DNA of 64,000 bases from Candidatus Omnitrophota bacterium (GTDB lineage Bacteria > Omnitrophota > Gorgyraeia > JABMRN01 > RBG-13-46-9), in contig JABMQJ010000026.1 in assembly GCA_013203315.1 (NCBI GenBank), positions 32,001 to 96,000 of the forward strand, given 5' to 3'. Of the stretch, positions 52,701 through 61,700 are shown in pieces. The notes below the pieces were generated by a model. It was not told where the DNA came from and ran no database searches. It was given only the letters and a program-made list of their open reading frames with translations. The translations under genes and the position numbers were made by a program. The first letter of the stretch is position 1. Each line of letters starts with the position of its first letter.

Positions 52701-55700
52701 GGCGACCTTCTCACTTACAGGGTGTCCGCAAACGACGAGTTTTATCTCACGGTTCACTTAACAAGAAACCCTGAAACAGGAGAATATACGGTACGAAACG
52801 TATTTAAAGGTAAACCTGTTTCCGAATTCTACAGCGTTTATGGAAATAGAAGAATAAAGGAATATACAGAGCTTGACCGAAGGTGCGTAACTGTAAACTC
52901 CGAAACAGGCAGATGCGAAGTGTCTGAAGAAACAGGCGTGGTAATTCTCACGAATCCGGAAACTGGTAAAGCACTGGATACCGAAAATCCGAAGGACATA
53001 AGATTGCTCGAAAAAAACATGTTCTTAAGCGATTCGGCAAATCCCGATTTCTCTTACACCATACCTTTAAAAGGCCCTGATTTCGAAAATGGATATTTCT
53101 ACCTGAATAAGAAACTAAAAGGAAAAAGCATACCGCTTCTAAGATTAAGACTACGACGCGGCAAAACATTTGATGACTTACTTCGAAACGCACAGACCTC
53201 GGTCTCTGATAAAGCAGACGCCGAGTTGACTACAATAGATCCGAGAGATGCGGTGTTAGATGCCGTTTACGCTTCCTCTGAAGGCGTAACATATCGTGGT
53301 ACAGGACTTACTGTTGTATTTTCAATCATGAATATCGGAAAAGCCATCGGAGAAGGCCAGGAAATAAACATGGTTCCGATTCTGAACGAAAAAACAGGTG
53401 AAATCGATGAAGCGCGCGGCACGAGATTTGTCGTGAGGAAAGGCTCCGAAAAGATATTAGATCTGGATACTAATCTCGATAAAGTACCCCCTTCGATGCG
53501 TAAGATTAAAACCATTGGCGGCACGCCTGCTTCGAAATTTACGGGTACTATTAAATGCCGGGTAGAGGAGCAGGTCCATTGGAAAAAAGTGTCGGTAACA
53601 CCCGAGAACCGGGAATCTCTATCTGAAGAAATAGGAGAACCGGGTAAGTTAGGCCTACCAGGCGCAGAAGGGCCGATCGGTGCAAAAGAAATAACACCTC
53701 AGCCGGGAATGAAACTGACAGATAAAGATACAGATATCATCGTGAAAAAGTATTTTGATAAAGATGACAACTTCCTAAGGAATAAAACAGCTTTCGGAAT
53801 AGGTACAAACAAAGCAGCTAAGGATCTCGTTTTGGGAGCGCTCGGAAATTTAGAAAATTCCGACCCAGTATTTAATAAAAATGCAGGAAGCGATATATTA
53901 GATCTTCTTTACACAATCGCAAGGAAAAATAACTTAAATCAAGAAGAGTTACGACGTCTCATCGATGAGAAACTGATACCTTTAACCGATCTCGCCGTAA
54001 CAGGATTTAAGAATTTAGATATTCAAAGCATCGAAGGACTAACAAAGGATGATTACATAAACTTGAGTACTAACGAGAACGCAATGGCCCTCGGTGTACT
54101 TATTTATTGGGCAAGCAATCGCGATGAGAAGTTTAATTTTGACGAATTCTACGATGCATTTAATGAACTGTGCACATATCCAGAAGGGGACAAAGACAAG
54201 CAGGGCTTGAAAGACGCGCTACTATCATATTTCGATACAAGACTTAACTTGGCAGCAGCGGAGAACAAGGTCAAAGTCGACGAATTGTCAGAGGCTAAAA
54301 GATTTGGCATCTTCGTGGATGTCATGTCATCTTTTGCTAATCAAAAGGTTGCATTAGAAGAAGGACGTTTGTCTGGGGAAAGGTTTATAGAAGGGTTGGG
54401 TTTAGACGAACTTGGACTGGAACCGGGAGAAACACTTCCGCCGCGCATTATGAAATTATTCATTGAAGCAGAAGAAAAAAGGCTTCAAGGCGTACCCTAT
54501 GCTGAGGTGCAGGAGGAATTAGAAGAAAAGCTAAGCCCGGGTATCGGGACTCCGCTATTAGACGGTTTAAAGACAATTTGGAGCTTTGTTCCATATGTAA
54601 TGGGTCTTATGAGTGCTTTAATAGCAGCATTAATTGCAATTATTATTAGGAGACGTCTCCCACCGAGATTTAGGCCGGGTTCGTTAATGTCGCAGCTTAG
54701 GCCGCGCGCGTTACTGAGTCTAGGACGCTCGTTACTAAGTCTATCATTCAGGGGACTACGTCGTGCCGGTAAATGGATAGGGCTTCCCTTGGTTCTGGTA
54801 CTCTTAGTAGCAGGCGAATCATTCGGCGCCCCCGTTGGTGCGGATCAAGTTTTAACTCTTGTCGATGGCGGTCCAAGTTTTTTTTCAAGCCTTTGGGCCG
54901 CTGTTCCAAGTCTAATCTCATGGTGGGGTGTTTTTTATGCCTATTGCGCATTTACTATAGGTAGAGGGTTATATAGGGCTATTATTTCAGATAGAAGTTA
55001 TGTAGATCGAGGCACTCGCCACTTTGTAAGGCCTGCGACAGCTAGCAGAGAGTCTCTAACACTAGGTTCTCTTCACCAGTCGATTTCTGACATTGACGCA
55101 ACGGGTATGACAAAAGTAGAATTCCTGGCAGCAATAGAAGATGCCATGAGTGATCAAGACTTTAATGATGAATTCAACCGTATTTTTGATAGAGAAACCG
55201 CAGATATATTGCAAGGTGAAGGTATTCTTGAAAATATAAATAACAATGATGGCGTGGGAGCGAAACAAACCTTGCTTAATGAAGTCATGTGGAGAGAGGT
55301 AGGGACTTCTATAAGCCACATGCAAGGAGCTATGTGGGATATACACAGAACCCTCGAGCCTTCTAGAACCGGGACTACTGGCAAGAATAGGTATGTTCCT
55401 GTATATAGATTTTCAATCTCTACGTTTTTAGCATTTCTTGCAGGCAGCGGTCTTTTGCTTGCGAATTTTTTGAAAGCAGGCGCCACAGGTTGGTCCATGG
55501 GTTACGGCCCGGGCATGTGGATAGCAGGAGGTCTCCTACTTCTTGTTGCCGCTATAAACGGATATAGGTTCATATGGGATGTAGTCATGCGCATACTTGA
55601 CGGGATTCCTCGTATTGGTGCTTTCGCAAGGCGCCGTCGGTTAGCGCTTGAAGTAATGGAGAATGAGTTAAGCGCTTTGAGGGAGTACTACAACCAGCTC

Positions 55701-58700
55701 AGTACACAAGGTGGTTACGGTTTTAGCGCGGCCCAGTGGCAAGAAATTCTGAAATTCCCTGTCCATGTTCCGTTTGGCGGTGTCGATGAAGCCATTGAAA
55801 CCTATGAAGAAACTATTTCATTTATGGAATACATTGAATATTGCCGGGCCTGGGTAGATTTTTTAAAGAAAAATAAAAATTACAGAATATTTGCCAGACT
55901 AGCATATCCACCGGACCAGCAGAGGCGTGACGTAATGCCGAGGTTTTATACGCAAGGCCCCGAGTACTATATGGCGCATACTCCCGGTACTAACTCTATT
56001 ACAACTCTTATGCCTGGTAATGAAAACGATAGTCCCGAATATGACATAATAGGCCAAGACCAGCCTCGTAACGGCCATCGGAGATATACAAATACTACAG
56101 GTATTCCGTTTACGAGACGAGTTCCGGGTGTTGGGCGTATAAGAAATCCTTACGCGGATCCAATACACCCCTTTGTGCCATTTGATAACATGTATAAATA
56201 TTTGTCGCATATCAGAAATAGGGCGCGCGAAGTGCGGAATGCAGGAGGTAATCTTGCGCTTGTTACAGAGCGGGAAGAGGTTGTAGCGCATAATACGGTA
56301 GGAACAATTGCGGGAAGGTTTGGTCCGGGGTCGGAGCACACCAGCTATCCGGGTGTTTTATGGGACAGGCACCTCTGGCACACTATTCTATTCGCAGGCA
56401 TGGTAGTTCCGTTAGTGATGCTAGCCTTTCAGTTCAGGCTTGATCTCGTTGCCATGGGAATCGCTGAAGATTTGCAAACCATGTCTATGGGCTCATTTAG
56501 TGTTGCTGCGATTATTGCGGGTATCATAGGATTCCTTACAGTAGTCGGTTTACTTAAAACTCATCTTTTTGGATCGGGATATACCCAAAGAACGCGGCGC
56601 ATATTAGGTGTTTCTGTGGTTGCAGGACTTGGTGGCGTTATTTATGCATTTGGCCGGGACGGACTGGCAAAAATTGCGGAATTTTGGGCTCCATACATAC
56701 CGGACTTTCTCTCCACTTTATTTACACAGGACAGCGTTATAGTAAAAGGCATAATGGCTTTAGGTAGCATATTGAGTCCGAACGTGCTCTTTTGGGGGCT
56801 TTGTGTTACTTTGGTTATTTTGGGTGTAGTCGCGCTTGTCTTCATATTCCGTTATTTCTCTTCAGCCTTTCGCTCGCACGCCAATGAGATACAGGATGAG
56901 GATATTTCAGATTATGTTCCGGATCGCATCTTAAGAGAAGCGCTGAATAGGGCAATAGAGGATGTGATTACCGAAAACAAGCAAGCTAACTTACCCGAAG
57001 TGATAAGAGACCTAAGAAGAGGCAGGCCGGCCGGGACCCCGCTGATTCTGGAAACTGACAACGTGCAGGATATTTACAACCAGGTTTGCGCGTCATATAG
57101 AGGATTAAGAAAGGCCGCAAGGCTTCGGGCGAACGAAGCTCTATCAGATTGGCTTATTTACCGTATGAGAATACCGCATGAAGTTTCGTCTGCCGGAAGG
57201 AGTACTGTTAGCGTTGTTGATATAGGAACTGTCGTAAATGATGTTCGTAGAAGGCAGCATATTATCGATACCTTAAGAGCAAACGGTTATGCAGCGCAAA
57301 TGGCCGATTTACCCGCCGCAGCACCTGTAGGCGATGATGGCCGCACGACTAACAGGGACATAATCGAACGATTATCGTACGACGAGATAGAACATATTTT
57401 CAACACGCCTGCTATAGCGGAGGAGATATTCGAGCCTGTTGTTCTTGCGGATACTGTTTTTGGTGATGACATAGATGGCGTCCGCCAAACGTTGGAAAGC
57501 GCCAGGAAAAGTTATAGAGGCCGCGTATACATTGCTCTCGCCATGGATGACGACGACCCAATGGGCGGCCCCGCAGCTATTAGCGCAGCTATGGAACCGG
57601 GAGGGGCCCTGGCACAATATGCCGATAACATAATAATTTACACAGGTTCAAACTGGGGAGACAATTTAAGGAGATCCCAGGGCAAGATTCGCATGAAACC
57701 CGCTCTTGATGTCGAAACAATCCAATATCTTAAGAAGGTTTTTGGCGAACGGGGAGTAGCGCTACCCGCTTTTGTAGAGTTAGTTGACCAGGAAGATAAG
57801 CTAGGAGCACTTCTTCTAAATTCCAAAGCATTTTTGAGAAAAATGTATGACAGAACAATAGACGATGAAATAGCCGGAAGAAGAAATAGAAGAGACTATG
57901 ACAGGTGGGGAATAGGGTACGCCGGCTTGTTTGGCCAAAGGACCAAGTTTTTCATTACATATTATTGGACGCTTCTCAACTTAACAGTGAGATCCTTAGG
58001 CGCAACGCCTAACGAAGACGGCAGCGCTAGACACAGGATAGCATTTATGCTTGAGAAGTTCAAGGAAGTGTATGGCAACTGGCATGAATTTGCAGAGTCT
58101 GAATTTCAGGCAAGAAGTCATCCCTACATTATTCAGTCCGAACTTCGCCTTGTTCCTAATAAAGACCAGACACATGACTATCTGTCCCATTCCGATTATC
58201 TCATGTGGCATACGCAGATTCAGGTTGGTCAGACTGTCAATAAATTTCTATTCTTAGGCGGAACAGGAAATAATTTCCGATGGGATATGCTTGCCGGCGA
58301 ATCGTTTAATCCTGATGGAACGCATTGCGAGTATTTAAATCATAGAGCCGAACTTCAAGACCTTTTAATGCCTTTAAGAAGAAGCATTGAAAGAGATGAG
58401 TCGAGGGTCGCGGAATCTTACGCGAGATTCCCGCTTCCTTTAAGGATTATAATCCATTTAGTCATACATCCTTTACGCGCGCTTTTTGATCCGAGTGTAA
58501 GATCAACACGCATTTCTTCAGGACTTCTAAAAAGGAATCTTAATACCTATTCTATCGGCGGAACGTGGGATTCTTATAACATAATCGAAGACTCAGAGTT
58601 AGGTCGACGCCTCGCCCTCTATGGACTCGGCGCAACGAGGCTCACAGGTCCCTTTACCAAGGTTCTCGAAGATTTATTGCCGGTTATGGGAAAGCCGTGG

Positions 58701-61700
58701 TGGCAACAGAGGGCACGCTGGATTATAATGCAGACATTTGCCGTTGTTCTGTCACACCCTGCCGCATTCTTTATGTTTTTCGGCCAGTATGTAAGTATGG
58801 GACTTGGGTGGATGTTACTCGGAAGCGCAGGGGCAATACTGCCCGGGCTGGCAGGAGCTGCTATAGGGTTTCTTGTCGGGGGATTTGTATTTTATTACTT
58901 AGGGCACCTTGTTAATAACATTCTTATATGGACAGGCTACAAGAGGAACGCCCAGTGGCAAGTAGACCCCGTTAAGGCATTAGGATACTGGAGATTTCAG
59001 CATATTTCGCATTTGGCCGCAGCGGCCCCCGCTGCCATCGCAACCGCTATAGCGCTTAGCATATCACTTCTTTACGGAATAGCCTTAGTAAATGTTCCCG
59101 GATTAGAGCTGTCAGGTTCGGGGGTAGGAGCATTTCTTGTTGAAGCCATAAGGTTCTTAGGGGTTTACATTCCTTTTATAAACGGATGGTTACCTTTTTG
59201 GTGGGTCGGCGCGATCGTATTTCTCACTCCTCAAGTTATACAGGTATTTATGGGCTGGATAGCAACCGCTCAGCATGGCGTGCAGGATGAAGAATCTACC
59301 ACTGCAGCGGCGCGTATTTTTCTAACAGAACGCAACTATACTGGAAACAGTCCTAACCCGCTTATTGGAATACCAAGTTTGGATTTTGCTAACGTTGCCC
59401 CTGCAAGTGTGATTGGCACCAACCGCACGATAGCAGAACATTATAGTCGCTTTTCGGATGATGAATTTGTTCTGAATTGCTTGGAAATGTATATAGCAAA
59501 TGCCGGAGACGCACTTCGGGTTGCAACGCCAGGTAATGTTAATCCTGATTCTTTTGGCTGGGTCGATCTTGATGCTAACTGGACTGAAAGGGGGAGGCAT
59601 CTGTTAAACCTAGCAAATGCAGACGATATAGAAACTTACAGAAGGGCCCTAAGAGGGGCCATAAGCCACGCTAGGGGGCTCCAGGCAAAAGTAAGGGGAG
59701 ACATAAGATTTTCATGGGGGGTCGGTATTTTTGGCGGTGCCTTAGCCTTATGTAGCGCCTTCTTGGTGAGTACAGGATTCTTTTATCCATTTTTTGGTGC
59801 TATATCTATAACAGTCGGCTTGCTTTTAGTGCTTGGTACCGTTGCAACGCAGGTTCTAAGCTCGAGGCCCAGCAGAGGGCGCAGTTCCCCCGATGCCCCG
59901 CTCGGCACTAGGCCACGTCTGTCCTCAATAGGAAGACGCCCCTACCAGGGCTATCACTATTTTATAAGGCAGCCTCTTATGCTGGTCTATTTCATGAATC
60001 TTCTTCCTGCAATGGCCATAGGCCTTTTCATGTCAGGTTTTACGGGTGATAGATACCAAAATCAGTCTTTCTGGCCGAGAGGAAGGCAGGGGCTTGCTCC
60101 GCCTAGACTTGGTGAAAGAAGGACTTTTACAGGTTTTCGTAGGAGAGTACTCGATGTTATAAGAACATTTTTCCTTTCAGTTACATTGATAGTCGGTCCG
60201 ATATTGATCATTATACAAAACCCTGCTGAGAAAATGCACCTGGATCCAATAGTGCTCACACAGTCCATTGTTATGGGTCTTGAAGCGGAATACCAGAGGC
60301 ATATACGCCGTGTGGGGCGGGCCCCATCTCCAAAAGAAATATACGAAATTCTTAACAGCGATAAATATAAGCATCTTCAGTACGGATGGATTCTCGGAAA
60401 AATTACTGAGCTGGAAAAATATATTGCAGCAGGCGAAAAAGAACGCGCCGAGATATGCCTTATGTGGGTAATAGAAGGCATGAGAGTGCAGAATGACTCT
60501 ATGACTAAAGCAGACGAAACAATAGATTTGGGGGCAAAAGAAAATTTTGAGAAGCTTTCCCAGTGGTTCTTTGAATTTTGTTATCGCAACAATTGCATGG
60601 AACTTTATTACAAGGTATTGCCTATGACTCATAGGGCGCTACCCAACACAGATTGGAAGGTAGATGATTCAAATAAAGCAAAGGCAAAAGTGATTAACGA
60701 CAAAAACGGAGAAGCGCTTAAATTAAAATGTGAAATCGAGGGAAATAGAGGCGCCGGTGCAGGTTCAATTACTGTAAGAACAGAGCTACCGCAGGCCGTC
60801 GATATGAGCGATCTGGAATATGTACTGAGCTATGGCGTAGAGACCGATGACGGCTCAAAGTGGACCCGAAACATTACGGTCAAACTTATCGATGGAAATG
60901 GTAACGAATATTCCAATCCTCTTATTCGTGATCTTTACGCAAACAGCGCAAGTGTGAGGATAGCTCCGTTACTAAAAATGCAACGAGAACAGGCAAAGAA
61001 TACCGGGACTGAAGGGCAGTTTTTTGATCCGACAAATGTCACAGGTATTGTGATTGAAATAGGCGGGAACCTCGCGAGAGATTTTTCAGGAACAATAGAA
61101 TTGAAACACTCAAGAATCCAGACAACCCCTTCGGCAGCTACTGTAAAGGATGCCAAGGATATAGATGTAAGGTTATTAATAGACATGATGATGAAAAACG
61201 CTTTACCGCAAAGAGAACAGGTTATTCGCGCAGTAGATAGGCATGTTGCGGAGATGATGAGGAAAATTCTGATGCTTGAGCCATTTATTCCAACCGCAGT
61301 AGTGCAGCGACCTGTAGATGAGGCCGTGACGGCTACGCAACCACGAGTAGCCCCGGAGGTATTAAGCCCGAGAGCGAAAAAAGCGGCAGAGCGAAAAATA
61401 GCAAAAGGACAGGACATCGCAGCAGCAAGAAAAGCAAGAGCTTATAGCGCAAGAGCTAGAGCAAGAAGAAGGGGTATCGCCCTCACATTGATGATACCTA
61501 TAATAGCTTTCGCAGGGGCACTTTTCTCATCAGCTCCTTATATTATGGAAATAACCGGCGTAGGTAGCATACCTCTAGCTATGCTTATCGGGCTAGGCTC
61601 TATGCTCGCTTTTGCTTCAATAGCTGCTGTAATTAGTGTATTATTTGTAGTAGCCGTTCTCACATATATGCATTTACTCCTATACAAGACCCTGTCGAAG

